From contig NC_088791.1 in assembly GCF_011386835.1 (NCBI RefSeq), forward strand, positions 88,846,001 through 88,910,000: DNA of 64,000 nucleotides, written 5' to 3'. This DNA comes from Chrysemys picta bellii. Its lineage: Eukaryota. The notes below the pieces were generated by a model that ran no database searches, was not told the DNA's origin, and worked only from the letters and a program-made list of their open reading frames with translations. Both the position numbers and the translations under genes were made by a program. Below, piece by piece: positions 47,800-60,581 of the stretch. Each line of letters starts with the position of its first letter. Within the stretch, counting starts at the first letter, position 1.

Positions 47800-48651
47800 T
47801 TGGGGGGTCTTGTGGTTCATCTGTGCTTGCCTGGGGTCATCCAGTTAGTGACTGGTATGTGAAGAGTGAATGTGTTTTAAATCAGTGGTCTATGTGTTGC
47901 AAACAATACTGTTTCTGTAAAATGTTGCATTTTGGCTTCACAGATACGACCTTGGGAGCCCACCCTCCCTCTTTGTTATTGCCGGCTGAACGGCTGCGCA
48001 GAATTAGAAAGCGGCAACAAAAAGAATTAAAGAGGACTTTCTGCGTGATGTCATGATGCACTCCGCAGCCGAAAAACAAGAATTGAAGGATTGATGGGAC
48101 AGCGAGAAGAGTGACCAAAAGGAGAACGTGGCGTGCCAGAACGAAGCCACACAGTGGCTCTTAAACATTATGGAATGCCAAGCAGACACGCTCCAGGCAC
48201 TACTAGCACGCCCACCCTCCCCTGCAGCCGCTGACGCATGCGCCCCCCCAGACACCGCCAGCACACCCTTATCAACCTCCTGGCTCCAATCTGTACCCGC
48301 TGCAGACCACTCCTGCCCCGTCACAGTCCAGCCCTGCAGACTCCCAGTACCCACTGCACTCAACACCAGTCCCTCTGCAGTTTAACCCTGCTGAAGAACA
48401 GTACTCACTGCACTGTACTCCAAAGGACAAGGTTGGATATGATACCTGGACATACACAAATCTTTAACCATCCCAGGACCCCGCCTCCTCCTGGGACCCT
48501 CCCTTCCCCCATCCACCTCAGTGCTGATGTGCAAACAGAGCCCTGCAAAGCAACAGGCAATTTTCTTACACCTTCACAGTGCATCGTCTGCATCAATCAC
48601 AATCACCGCCTAGCATTACAAGCACTGCACTCCTGAGCATAGCAACAAATA

Positions 48652-49877
48652 TTAGTGGCTTTCAGCTTCAAATTGCTGCCTCAAGGCATCCCTGATCCTT
48701 ATGGCCCTGCACTATGCCCCTCTAATAGCCTTGGTCTCTGACTGTTCAAATTCAGCCTCCAGGCACTGAGCCTCAGTGGTCCAGCCCAGAGTGAAGCTTT
48801 CACCCTTCCCTTCACAAATATTATGAAACATACAGCACATGGCTATAAGCATAGGAATATTGTCATTGGCCAGGTCCAGCCTCCCATATAGACAGTGCCA
48901 GCGGGCCTTTAAAATGCCAAAAGCACACTCCACAGTCATTCTGCACTTGTTCAGCCTGTCGTTGAACCGCTCCTTGCTGATGTCAAGGTGCCCCATGTAT
49001 GGCTTCATAAGCCACGGCATTAAGGGGTAGGTGGGGTCTCCCAGGATCACAATGGGCATTTTGACTTCCCCTACGGTGATCTTCTGGTCCAAGAAGAAAG
49101 TCCCTGCTAGCAGCTTCCTGAACAGGCCAGTGTTCCAAAAGATGCGTGCGTCATGCACCTTTCCAGACCAGCCTGCGTTAATGTCTGTGAAATGTCCACG
49201 GTGATCCACAAGCACCTGGAGAACCACAGAGAAATACCCTTTCCAATTAATGTACTCAGTGGCTAGGTGGTCTGGTGCCAGAATTGGAATATGGGTGCCA
49301 TCTATTGCCCCTTCACAGTTAGGGAAGCCTGTTTGTGCAAAGCCATCCACAATGTCACACACGTTGCCCAGAGTCACAGTCTTTCGGAGCAGGATGCGAT
49401 TAATGGCCCTGCATACTTCCGTTAACATGAGTCCAACAGTCGACTTTCCCACTCCACACTGGTTAGTGACCGATCAGGAGCAGTCTGGAGTAGCCAGTTC
49501 CACAGTGCAATCGCCACGCACTTCTCCAGCGGCAGGGCAGCTCTCATTCTCGTGTCCTTGTGCCACAAGGCTGGGGCGAGCTCATCATACAGTCCCATGG
49601 CTTTCCTTCTCTGAAAATTCTGCAGCCACTGCTTATCATCCCAGACGTGCATGACAATGTGATCCCACCACTCAGTGCTTTCCCAAGCCCAAAAGCGGCA
49701 TAACACTGTGGCCAGCACCTCCATGAATGCCACAAGCAATCTCGTGTCATAGTTACTATGCGTGGGGAGATCAATGTCGAACTCCTCTTGCCTTTGTAGT
49801 TTAAGGAATAACTCCACTGCCACTCGTGACGTGTTAAAGACAACGAGCAACATATTGGTCAACAGTGCGGGATCCAT
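48652..49877 (-). pseudogene. E2 Harbinger transposase pseudogene
   Basis: MDPALL...WWDHIVM...GAIDGTHIP...KVHDARIF...ILGDPTYPL...MTVECAFG; frameshifting deletions near 49450-49700 and a TAG at 48712. Confidence 0.9.
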
Positions 49878-52800
49878 TCTTGCAGACCGAAGAGGCAGAG
49901 TGCGCAGTACACAAGGGTTGAAAGATGGTGCCAAATGCAGACAGAAGCACAGGGATTGCTGCCATGAGAAGCAATGCATCATGGGGCATTGGAACAGGAC
50001 CCAGGATGCCCCGCGACCTCCTCCACCTTCCCACAACTCTTAGCGGCGGAAGAGGAAGAGATGCTCTGTGGGATAGCTGCCCAGAGTGCACCGCTCCGAA
50101 TACCGTTGCAAGTGCCGCAAGTGTGAACACGCTATTGCACAGGCAGCTGACAGTGTGAACACACAACAGCAGTTTCCTTTCAGCGCTCTCCGAGCGGCGC
50201 TATAACTGCCGGCACTGTAACTCTGCCAGTGTAGACATACCCGGAGCAACAATAGGGAATAGGAGGTTTAGTAATTGCCCTAACACTCTGTGTAACACTG
50301 CTCATTTGCTAGTCTGTCCTCCCCTAAACTGAGCCTGTGGGGGTAAGAATGTAGCTGCTTAACCTAAAAATAGACCAACCTTGTATGATGATTGAACAGG
50401 ACTGAGTACAGACAGTGTCTAACCCAAAGGAAAATCACCAAACTCCTTTCAATTTCCAGCCTAATATAGATTTTAGATACTGTAGTTTGAGGTTTCTCCA
50501 TTTGCAAGGCAACAGAGACCTAATTTTGAACACACAAGTAATTGTTAGAGGTGGTTATTTCTTACTTGAAATCTTTGAAGTGTCAATTTTGAAGGATACT
50601 AAAGCAGGGGTATAACTTCAAGCCATGTTTCCATGAGACTGCTCCCATGTTTAACATTACACACCTGCTTATGTACCTTCCTAGATCTGGGCCTCAGTTT
50701 CCTTAATCACCTAAGGCCAGAGTGATACCCTTCCTCACACTAGTCCTGTACTCCACAAGTAGCCCCACTAACTTCAAGGGAACTATTCACTGTGTAAGAT
50801 TCTATTCAGTGCAAGTGCATCACAGCCTGGCCCTTAACTATATAAATCATATGTATCTATTAGCTGTATTTACACACAACTGTCTGTGCCAGACATCACT
50901 TACCTTTGGACCCGATTGACGTAATGTTTATGTTGGTAATGAGAAATGCCATTGGCTGTTTTGCAAAGGCAACGTACTCCCCTGGTTCTGTGTATTGAAC
51001 TTCTGCTTTTGTTCTTTCCTTTGGTTGTCTTTTAAGTAAAGTCAATAACAGCCACCTATGGGACTGCTAATGTGACTGATTTACAGAGATGTTGAGCACC
51101 ACAGCACCCACTGACTTCAACGAATGTTGAAGGTGGTCAATGCCTCTGAAAATCAAGCCCTATGGCCATAACGCTGCCAAAAGCACTGAGGGAGGCATAT
51201 TTGATAACTGCACTTAACAGCCTGATACCAAAACTTTCAGATTGTCTTCTGTACCAAACATGGTGTTAATTTTTGCTTTATATAAAGGATTCAGAGTATG
51301 AAGTTGGAAAAAGCAAAACGAAAACAAAGAGCTTTTCACCCGATCCAGGCCCCTTTTCCAAAAATATTTGATTTTTCACGTATAGGGTATCTTGCTGGTG
51401 TTAATCCAATTTTGGAGCATCCAAAGATAGACAATTGCTTCTGTGAAGAAAAGTCACTATTTCTGCCCCAGGTCTGAAAGTGACACAGTGGATCTTACCA
51501 GAGTATTTTTTCCAACCCTAATCTTCTATGATTCTGTGATTCTGCCCTTACAATAGAGATGGAGGCCTCAATTTTCCTGCAGTAAGTGGTAATTAATGTC
51601 CATTTCTCTGTGATTTTTCACCAGTGGAAGAGGAAAACTATGATTCAGTAGGTGGCATAAGTTATGTTTGTGCACTGTACTTGGTTATTTCCATATGTTC
51701 CCATCCCAAGACAAACAGCACTCCTTTATCCTATTTAATCAGTAACTAATTATTGAATCTTCTGATGGATATTGACTGGTAATTTATGTAATGTAGCTCT
51801 CCTGGAACTCTGTGGAAAACAAATTCAACAGAAACCCTACAGACTTGCCAAGTCTCACTCAAGGCTAGATTGTAAATGTGACCTACATTGCCATTCAGCA
51901 AAGTATGGGGACATAAGCCTCCCTGTCTCCACACACCCACACCCACTTTCCTCTGTACAACCATGCAGGATCTACCTGGATCCTGAGTCTGGGTAAGGGG
52001 GCGGGGGGGAAGCAGGGGCTGTCTGAAACTCTTTTTCTCCCCTCCACTAACAAGTGAGTGGTGAGGGGGCCTTGGCAAAGCCATGACTCCCCCGCACCAT
52101 TCCGAACATCCCCAGCCAAGAGAACTGGCTGGACAGGAGCTGGCAAGTGTGTTGTGTCTGGCAATGGCCTGACAAGTACACTCCCTGTGCCTCTCACTCT
52201 GTGTGAAACCGGAGATCTGGAGGAAATGTGATTCAGAGCAGTGTCTTTGAGTTACAGTGACTTCCTGGGGTGGTGCAGCTCCGTGCTTCCCCTTCCACAG
52301 GACTCAAAGTAAACTCACCATCTCACTCTGTCTTAGAGGAGACTCTTTCATTCAGGACTCATTTTAAGACATTTTCATAGTATCTCCTAATCATGAAAAA
52401 TTTGCTGTGTATTTCAGTGAAGCATCTTGTTGTTGCACGTCAGCTATTCCCGGCTGCCAGAATGGCCTCCTGCAGCTGTGAGCAGCCAGGTATAAATGAG
52501 AGCCCCCTTTGGCCTATTCTAACTTACATCAGGAGTTGACCTGGCCCCTGGCTGGTTCCAGAATTGGGGAGCTACAAAGGTGGCATACAGCCACCATTAC
52601 TCCGCCATACCAAGTCAGCCCCCAGCTCGGCACAGCCAGGCCCAAGAATCAGGGACTGTATTTACTGGGGGAGGGAGGAGGACTTAGATAAAATAAAATA
52701 AATATACATAGACTGAGGTGCACTGGTAGAGCGGTGTGGTGACAAGAGACTGGAATAGAAGGTGTCCTGAAGCTGAGCCTTTAGGAACATAGACCAAATT

Positions 52801-53626
52801 GTGTGTGGACAAAGCTGGCATAGTGCATTACTCAAAATGCACTATGTCTGGCTGTTACCAGCCCTCTCACTCCCTCATTTTTATAAGACCTAGATTTAAG
52901 TTTTTTCCCCAAAACAAGACAATGCTAAATGTTTAAAACACATAAGAAACAAATAGCTGAGTGCGTTACCAGCAATGTTTCTGTGTTGTTTGCTTTTATG
53001 ATCATTCACAATTTCAGTTTATAATCATGCAATCATAGAAACGTAGGGCTGGAAGAGACCTCGAGAAGTCATCAAGTCCAGCCCCCTGCGCTGAGGCAGC
53101 ACCAATTAAAAGTAGACCATCTCTGACAGGTGTTTGTCTAACCTGTTCTTAAAAACCTCCAATGATGGGGATTCCGCAATCTCCCTTGGTAACCTATTCC
53201 AGTGCTTAACTATCCTTAGGCCTTGGCTACACTTGTGAGTTGCAGCGCTGTAAAGCCGCCCCCAGCGCTGTAACTCACTCCCCGTCCACACTGGCAAGGC
53301 ATTTGCAGCGCTGTATCTCCGTGGCTGCAGCATTGCATGTACTCCACCTCCCCGAGAGGAATACCGTGTATTGCGCCGCCGCTGCAGCGCTGCGGCACCA
53401 GTGTGGCCACCCAATGCGCTATGACTGGCCTCCAGAAGTATTCGGCAGTATCCCACAATGCCAGTTCTAGCCACTCTGGTCATCAGTTCAAACTCTACTG
53501 CCCTGGCCTCAGGTAACCAACCATGTGACCCTCCCTTAAAATTCCCCGGGAATTTTAAAAATCCCCTTCCTGTTTGCTCAGCCAGGCGTGGCGTGGAGTG
53601 CTATCAGTGAATCTTTCCAGGTGACC

Positions 53627-55393
53627 ATGCCTCCACGTGCCAAGCAAGCCCCAGCATGCAGCAATGGCGAGTTGCTGGACCTCATCAGTGTTTGGGGGGA
53701 GGAAGCTGTCCAGTCCCAGCTGCGCTCCAGCCGTAGGAATTACGATACCTTCAGGAAGGTATCAAAGGACATGATGGAAAGGGGCCATGACCGGGATGCC
53801 CTGCAGTGCAGGATTAAAGTGAAGGCGCTGCGGAGTGCCTACCGCAAAGCCCGCGACGCAAATGGCCGCTCGGGTGCTCCCCCCATGACCTGCCGATTCT
53901 ACAAAGAGCTGGATGCGATACTTGGGGTTAACCCCACCTCCACTCCGAGCACCACCATGGATACTTCAGAGCCGGGGTGGGAAGAGGAGGAGGAAAATGG
54001 GAGTGAGGGTGGTGAGGCGGATGGAGACACCCCGGAATCCCTGGAGCCAAGCAGCCAGGAGCTCTTCTTGAGCCAGGAGGAAGGTAGCCAGTCGCAGCAT
54101 CCGGTACTTGGTGGAGGACAAACAGAAGAGCAGGTTCCCGGTAAGCGGGTTTTTTTTCGGGAAGGAATTTTTTCGGTGCGGGCTCTTTGGGAGAGGAGGG
54201 TTAGGCATGCATGCCTAGATGTGGAATAGTGCATTGATGTGGTTTATCACATCGCGGTAATCGGCCTCGGTAATCTCTTCGAATGTCTCATCCAGAACGC
54301 GTGCAATGCGCTTGCGCAGATTTATTGGAAGAGCCACCGTGGTCCTTGTCCCAACCAGGCTAACGTGTCCACGCCACTGTGCCGCGAGGGGCGGGGGGAC
54401 CATTGCTGCACACAGGCAAGCTGCATATGGGCCAGGGCGGAAGCCGCATTGCAGTAGAAGACCCTCCCTTGCTTCCCAGGTCACCCTCAGCAGCGAGATA
54501 TCGTCCTGTGGAAAATGTTGGGACAGTGTTCAGTGTAGGTGCCCCCTGCAGCTGTCGGCTCTCCCCAAGGCACAGAAACCCAGAGGACAGCACAGCCCTG
54601 AAACAATCAGTCCCCCTTACTCACCATTTTGAGGCTCCCGTGGGTTATGTGTGCTCTGTTTGGGACGGGAAAATTATGCTATTGTGTAGACCCTGTGTGT
54701 GCCTTCCTTCAGTGCGGCGGAAATCATTACTCTGTCTGCTATAAACAATGCTGCCTCTGTTAAATGTTGCATTTTGCCTATACAGCTGCAACAACCTTGA
54801 GACCTCAGCCGTCCCTCTTATCGCCTGCTCAGAGACTGCAAAGACTCAGGAAGAGACGGCGAAAAACCAAAGAAGACCTGCTGCAAGAAGTGATGCAGCA
54901 ATCTATTAAAGAGAATGAAAAAGCACAGAACTGGAAGGAGACAGAAAGCAGGATCCGCCAGAAAAACGCAGCGCACCGGCAGCAAAGCACAGATCGGCTC
55001 ATAAGCATCCTGGAGCACCAAGCAGACGCTATCCAGGAGCTCGTAGCCATGCAAAAGGAGCAATACCGCAAACGCCCCCCCCCACACACACAGCCCTTGT
55101 CCCAAAACTCTTTCCCTTGTGCCCCACTGTTACCTCCAACCCACTTTCCCCAACTTCCGTGTTCTTCACGCCACCAGCTGTCTCCAACACTAGTATCTTC
55201 ACCACCCAGCCCTGAAAACCATGACCCTTACCCTCTGCACTCAACCCCCATCACCATGCAGTATAGCTATTCTGAAATGCAGCACTCACTGCACAGCACA
55301 CCAGACAGGGCATACACGAATCTGTACCGTTCCCCACTCCACCCCCTTGCCCTTTCTGATACCCAAGCAGTTGTGTTTCTTTTCAATAAATAA
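53627..55393 (+). CDS. E3 Myb/SANT-like protein, join(53627..54140, 54786..55393)
   Basis: MPPRAKQAPACSNGELLDLISVWGEEAVQSQLRSSRRNY...CRIKVKALR; donor CCG|GTAAGC; acceptor TATACAG|; phase-1 intron keeps the frame. The conserved Trp appears as Cys (PAC versus PAW). Confidence 0.8.
54215..54627 (-). CDS. Third Harbinger gene of E3: BEN-domain-like ORF, join(54627..54625, 54505..54215)
   Basis: AAAATG|GTGAGT donor, TTTTCCACAG| phase-0 acceptor, open exon DDISLLRVTWEAREGLLLQCGFRPGPYAACLCAAMVPPPLAAQWRGHVSLVGTRTTVALPINLRKRIARVLDETFEEITEADYRDVINHINALFHI*. Confidence 0.72.
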
Positions 55394-55564
55394 ATTTTCT
55401 TTTCAATAAATGGATTTTTTGGCTTTGAAAACATTCTTTATTAATGCATAAAGTAAAAGATTCCTTAGCCCAGGAAATAAACAGACTCTGCAAGTCTGCT
55501 TAGCAAACACTGCTTCCTAAAGATTGGAACTACTGCACTTCACTCCCGTGCAGGGCACCAGATA

Positions 55565-56818
55565 TCACTGCTGGTTTTCAGCCTCAAATTGCTCCCTCAA
55601 GGCATCCCTAATCCTTGCAGCCCCACGCTGGGCCCCTGTAATAGCCCTGCTCTCTGGCTGTGCAAATTCAGCCTCCAGGTGTTCAACCTCAGAGGTCCAT
55701 GCCTGAGTGAAGCTTTCACCCTTCTCTTCACAAATATTATGGAGGGTACAGTACGCGGCTATAACCGCGGGGGTGCTGTGTTCGGCCAAGTCCAGCTTCC
55801 CATACAGAGATCACCAGCGGCCCTTTAAACGGCCAAAGGCACACTCCACAGTCATTCGGCACCAGCTCAGCCTGTAGTTGAACCGTTCCTTGCTGCTGTC
55901 AAGGCTCCCTGTGTAGGGTTTCATGAGCCACAGCATTAACGGGTAAGTGGGGTCTCCAAGGATCACAATGGGCATTTCAACTTCCCCTACTGTGATCTTC
56001 TGGTCTGGGAAAAAAGTCCCGGCCTGCAGCTTCCTGAACAGCCAAGTGTTCCGAAAGATGCGTGCGTCATGCACCTTTAATGGCCAGCCCGTGTTAATGT
56101 CAATGAAACGCCCACAGTGATCCACAAGCACCTGGAGAACCATAGGGAAATACCCCTTCCGATTAACGTACTCGGATGCTAGGTGGGGTGGTGCCAGAAT
56201 AGGAATGTACGTCCCATCTATTGCCCCTCCACAGTTAGGGAAACCCATTTGTGCAAAGCCATCCACTATGTCCTGCACGTTACCCAGAGTCACGGTTCTT
56301 CTGAGTAGGATGCGATTAATGGCCCTGCAAACTTGCATCAACACGATTCCAACGGTCGACTTTCCCACTCCAAACTGGTTTGCAACTGACCGGTAGCTTT
56401 CTGGAGTTGCCAGCTTCCAGATTGCAATAGCCACTCGCTTCTCCATTGGCAGGGCAGCTCTCAATTTCGTGTGCTTGCGCCGCAGGGTGGGGGCGAGCAC
56501 CTCACACAGTCCCATGAAAGTGGCTTTTCTCATCCGAAAGTTCTGCAGCCACTGCTCGTCATCCCAGACTTCCATGACGATGTGATCCCACCACTCAGTG
56601 CTTCTTTCCTGAGCCCAAAAGCAGCGTTCCACGGTGCTGAGCATGTCCGTGAATGCCACAAGCAATTTCATGTCATACGCATTACGCGGCTCGATAGCAT
56701 CGTTGGACTCCTCGCCCTCACTCTCACTGTCACTTTGGATCTTAAGGAATAGTTCGACAGCCAAACGTGACGTGCTGGCGAGACTCGTCAGCATACACCT
56801 CGGCAGTTCGGGCTTCAT
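55565..56818 (-). pseudogene. E3 Harbinger transposase with a single premature stop
   Basis: 418 in-frame codons from MKPELPRC; the only lesion seen is TGA at 55811-55813 (GRW*SL, probably CGA>TGA); the frame continues to AENQQ*. Confidence 0.9.
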
Positions 56819-57670
56819 TTCCCGCAGACAGATCACGCTGCACAGAAACTGTTGAAAGATGGCGCCAAAGGTGGACGGAAACAAAGGGATTTCTGGGATG
56901 CGAAGCAATGCATCACGGGGTGTTGGGAGAGGACCCAGAATCCCCCGCACCCACACCCCCTTCCCACAACCCACGGCGCCAGAATGGGAAGAGGTGCTCT
57001 GTGGGATAGCTGCCCATAATGTACCGCTCCCAATGGCACTGCAATTGCCGCAAATGTGGCCACGACAATGCGCTGGCAGCTGTCAATGTGGACAGACTGC
57101 AGCCCTTTCCCTACTCAGCTGTACGAAGACAGGTTTAACTCACAACGCTGTACATCTGCAAGTGTAGCCAAGGCCTTATAGTCAGAAAGTTTTTCCTAAT
57201 CTCTAACCATAATCTCCCTTGCTGCAGATAAAGCCCACTGCTTCTGTCCTATGGTCAGTGGACAAAGAGAACAATTGACACCCCTTAGCAGATTAGAGGA
57301 CTGTTAGCAGATTCCTCCATCAGTCTTCTTTTCTCATGACTAAAGATAACAAGTTTTTTTAACCTTTCCTCAAAGTCAGGTTTTCTAAACATTTTAGTGT
57401 TTTTGTTGCTCTCCTCTCTGTAGTATTTGGGAATGGCTGCTTATGAGGTGTGGCTCCTTTAAGAAACCAGGTAGTGGAGCCAGGCGGAGGGAGCGGCGGG
57501 GTGACAATGGGGGTCATGTAGAAGAGGAACCCAGAGGGGATACCAATAAGACCCCAAAATAAAGTTTGTTCTTGTTTGCATTTAAACCTGTGTGGTCTTC
57601 AAGTTATTGCAATATCACACTCTGGACTCTCTCCAATTTGTCCACATCTTTTCATAAGTGTGGCACCCAG

Positions 57671-57973
57671 CAGGGGCGGCTCCAGGCACCAGCGCAGCAA
57701 GCCCGTGCCTGGGGTGGCAAGCCACGGGGGGCGCCGTGCCGGTCGCCGTGAGGGTGGCAGTCAGGCAGCCTTTGGCGGCATGCCTGTGGGAGGTCCGCCA
57801 GTCCCACGGCTTTGGAGGCAATTTGGCGGCGGGTACGCCGAAGGCGCGGGACCGGCAGATCACACGCAGAAACACCGCCGAATCCACGTGACCAGCGGAC
57901 CGCTTGGAGGTGTGCCGCCGAAGGCCACCTGACTGCCGTTCTTGGAGCAGCAAAAAACATAGAGCCGCCCCTG
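57671..57973. mobile_element. hAT MITE inside CR1
   Basis: CAGGGGCGGCTC/GAGCCGCCCCTG; perfect 8-bp TSD GCACCCAG. Confidence 0.9.
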
Positions 57974-58185
57974 GCACCCAGAATTGGACACACACCCCAG
58001 CTGACTCCTCACCAGTGCCCAGTGGAGCACAACAATTACCGCCCATGTCTTCCATACAACACTCCTGTTAATATACCCCAGAATAATGTTTTCCTTTTCC
58101 ACAACTTCATCACATTGTTGACTCCTATTCAATTTGTGGTCCACTATAACCCCCAGATCCTTTTCAGCAGTACTAACACCTACAC

Positions 58186-58804
58186 CAGGAGTGGGCAAAC
58201 TTTTTGGCCGAAGGGCCACATCTGGGTATGCAAATTGTATGGTGGGCCATGAATGCTCAGAAAATTGGGTTGGGGTGTGGGAGGGAGTGAGGGTTCTGGC
58301 TGGGGATGCGGGCTCCAGGGTGAGGCCAGAAATGAGGAGTTCAGGGTGCAAGAGGGGCTCTAGGCTGGGACAGGAGGTTGGGGCGCAGGGGGGGTGGGGC
58401 TGGGGATGAAGGGTTTGGGGTGTAGGAGGGTGCTCTGGACTATGACTGAGAGGTTTGGAGGGCAGGAGGGGGATCAGGGCTGGGGCAGGGGGTTGGGGCA
58501 TGGGGCGGTAGCTCAGGGGTGCAGGCTCTGGGAGGCGCTTACCTCAAGTGGCCAATGGGAGCTGCAGAGGCAGCACTTGGGGCAGGGGCAGCATGCAGAG
58601 CGGAGCCCCCTGGTTGCCCCTTTGCTTAGGAGCCAGAGGGAGGACATGCCGCTGCTTCTGGGAGCCGCATGGAGTGGCCCCCAACCCTGCTCCCCGGCTG
58701 GAGCACCAGAGCGGGGCAAGCCCCAACCTCCACTCCCCAGCAGGAGCTTGAGGGCCGGATTTAAACGGCTGGCAGGCCCACGGGCCATATTTTGCCCACC
58801 CCTG
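58186..58804. mobile_element. hAT MITE inside CR1 (related to 21508-22254)
   Basis: CAGGAGTGGGCAAA/TTTGCCCACCCCTG; TSD ACCTACAC/ACCTAGAC. Confidence 0.88.
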
Positions 58805-60581
58805 ACCTAGACACTGAGTCCTCATGTTGTAGTTTTGCGTTTGATTTTTCCTTCCTAAATGTCATATTTTGCACTTGCCTTTATTGAATTTCATCTTGTT
58901 GAATTCAGACTCTCTCTCCAATTCACAGAACTCATTTTAAATTCTAATTGTGTCCTCCAAAGTGCTTCCAACCCGTCTCAGCTTGCTCTTTGTGATGGGG
59001 TCCCTGTGGTGCAACCTGGAATGCAGGACTGTTGAGCCCTCCAACCCCACCAGCCTGGGCTGCCTCTCACACTGTGAGGCTGATGTCAAGCTACAAGCCT
59101 CTGACAGGCACTGAACTTATCCTCTAGGGGCTTACAAATTGATTATTTAATCATTTGTTCCAGTATCGTCCCATGTATCAAATTTAGGCTGACTGGTCTA
59201 TAATTCCCCAGGTCCTCTTTGTTCCCCTATTTAAAGAGAGGTACTATACTTGCCCTTCTCCAATCTTCTGGCACCTAACCTGTCCTCCATGAGTTCTTGA
59301 AGATAAATGCTAACGGTTCTGAGATTGCTTCAGGTAGCTCCTAATGTATCCTAGGATGAATTTTATCAGGCCCTGCTGACTTGAAGACATCCAATTTATC
59401 TACATATTCTATAACCTGTTCCTTCCCCCTTGTTTTTAATATTAATTGTGTTAAGTATCTGTCACCTTTAACCTTTTTAGTGACAACTGAAGCAAAATAG
59501 GCATTAAACACCTCAGCCTTCTTGATGTCATCAGTTATTATCTTTTTCCCTGCTAAGTAGAGGACCTACACTTTCCATCATCTTCCCCTTGCTCCTAATG
59601 TATTTAAAGAACTTCTTCTTATTACCTTTTATGTCTATTGTTAGGAGTAACTCATTTTATGCTGAGCCTTGCTGATTTTGTCTCTACGTGCATGTGCTAC
59701 TCTTTTGAACTCCTCCTTAATAATTCATCCATCTTTCCACTTTTTGTAAGATTCCTTCTTGATTTTCAGGTCATTACAGTGCTCCTTATGGAGCCATATT
59801 GGCCTCTTCCTATCTTTCCTTTGCATCAGGGTAGTTTGCAATTGTGCCTTTGATATGGTCTCTTTAAGAAACTGCCAGCTCTCCTGAACTTCTTTTTCCT
59901 TTAGAGTTTTTTCCCATGGGATCTTGCCTACCAGCTCTTTGAGTTTTTTATAGTCTGCCTTTCTGAAGTCCATTGTTCTTATTCTGCTGCTCTCACTTCT
60001 TCCTTTCCTTACAATCATGAAAAGTGTCATTTCATGACCGCTTTCACCCAAACTGCCTTCCACCTTCAGATTTGCTACCAATTCCTCCCTGTTGATTAGA
60101 ATCAAGTCTAAAATGGCTATCCCCCTGGTTACTTCCTCCACTTTCGGGAATAAGAAGTTGCCCCCAATACACTCCAAGAATTTATTGGAATGGGCAGGTC
60201 ATGAAACAGTGTCGCTCTAAAACTTTACAGACTTGGCCACTGATCCTGCAATGTGTTATGTGTGGGCAGAGCCCTGCAGAGACGTGCTGAATTCAGTGGG
60301 ATTCTGCATGGACATGGAATTCTACCCTTGTGCAGTTCCCCACTCATTATTGATCTTTCTTCCCACTTGATCAGTCACAGGGACCTTTAATTATTTGTTT
60401 TGCCAGATAAGAGCCAATGGTCACAAAATGTTCCTCTTTTTAGAACAATTCTGATTGGAGAATATTGGTGCTCAAGTGAGTTTAATACCCCCCAAAATAC
60501 CTTCCATCTCTCAGAACAGAAGAGTTGTTTATTTTTCAGACAAATACAGGACAAATACAGTGAAAAGGTCACTATCCAACC

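Larger units (their letters stand above)
45545..48385 (+). pseudogene. E2 Myb/SANT gene, broken by deletions, frameshifts and an LTR insertion
   Basis: MPAPRTRQSPAWSNAELLDLISIWGKEAVQSQL...CRVKVKE...FYKELDTILSG; donor CTG|GTAAGT at 47251; acceptor CACAG| at 47943; stops in exon 2. Confidence 0.85.
45141..50242 (-). mobile_element. Harbinger transposon E2 (defective, ~3.9 kb plus a nested LTR)
   Basis: TIRs GGCCTGGTCTACACTGG/CCAGTGTAGACATACCC, flanks TGA/GGA; Myb gene on plus strand, transposase on minus strand. Confidence 0.92.
53219..57175 (-). mobile_element. Harbinger transposon E3 (3957 bp), near-intact, inserted in the CR1 3' region
   Basis: Perfect 17-bp TIR GGCCTTGGCTACACTTG/CAAGTGTAGCCAAGGCC and perfect TSD TTA; the CR1 sequence continues on both sides. 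Confidence 0.96.
53022..60185 (-). mobile_element. 5'-truncated CR1 LINE, fragmented by E3, MITEs and an LTR fragment
   Basis: 3' tail (CATAGAA) at ~53030, RT C-terminal pieces at 57180-58900, and endonuclease/linker ORF 59725-60177 ([13 protein letters not shown]...SLGESGHEM...DFRKAD). Confidence 0.9.

Noticed and set aside
50904-51055. Possible minus-strand exon WLLLTLLKRQPKERTKAEVQYTEPGEY... with a good donor (AAG|GTAAGT)
   Set aside because: Weak acceptor, no homology recognised, and no partner exons in matching phase.
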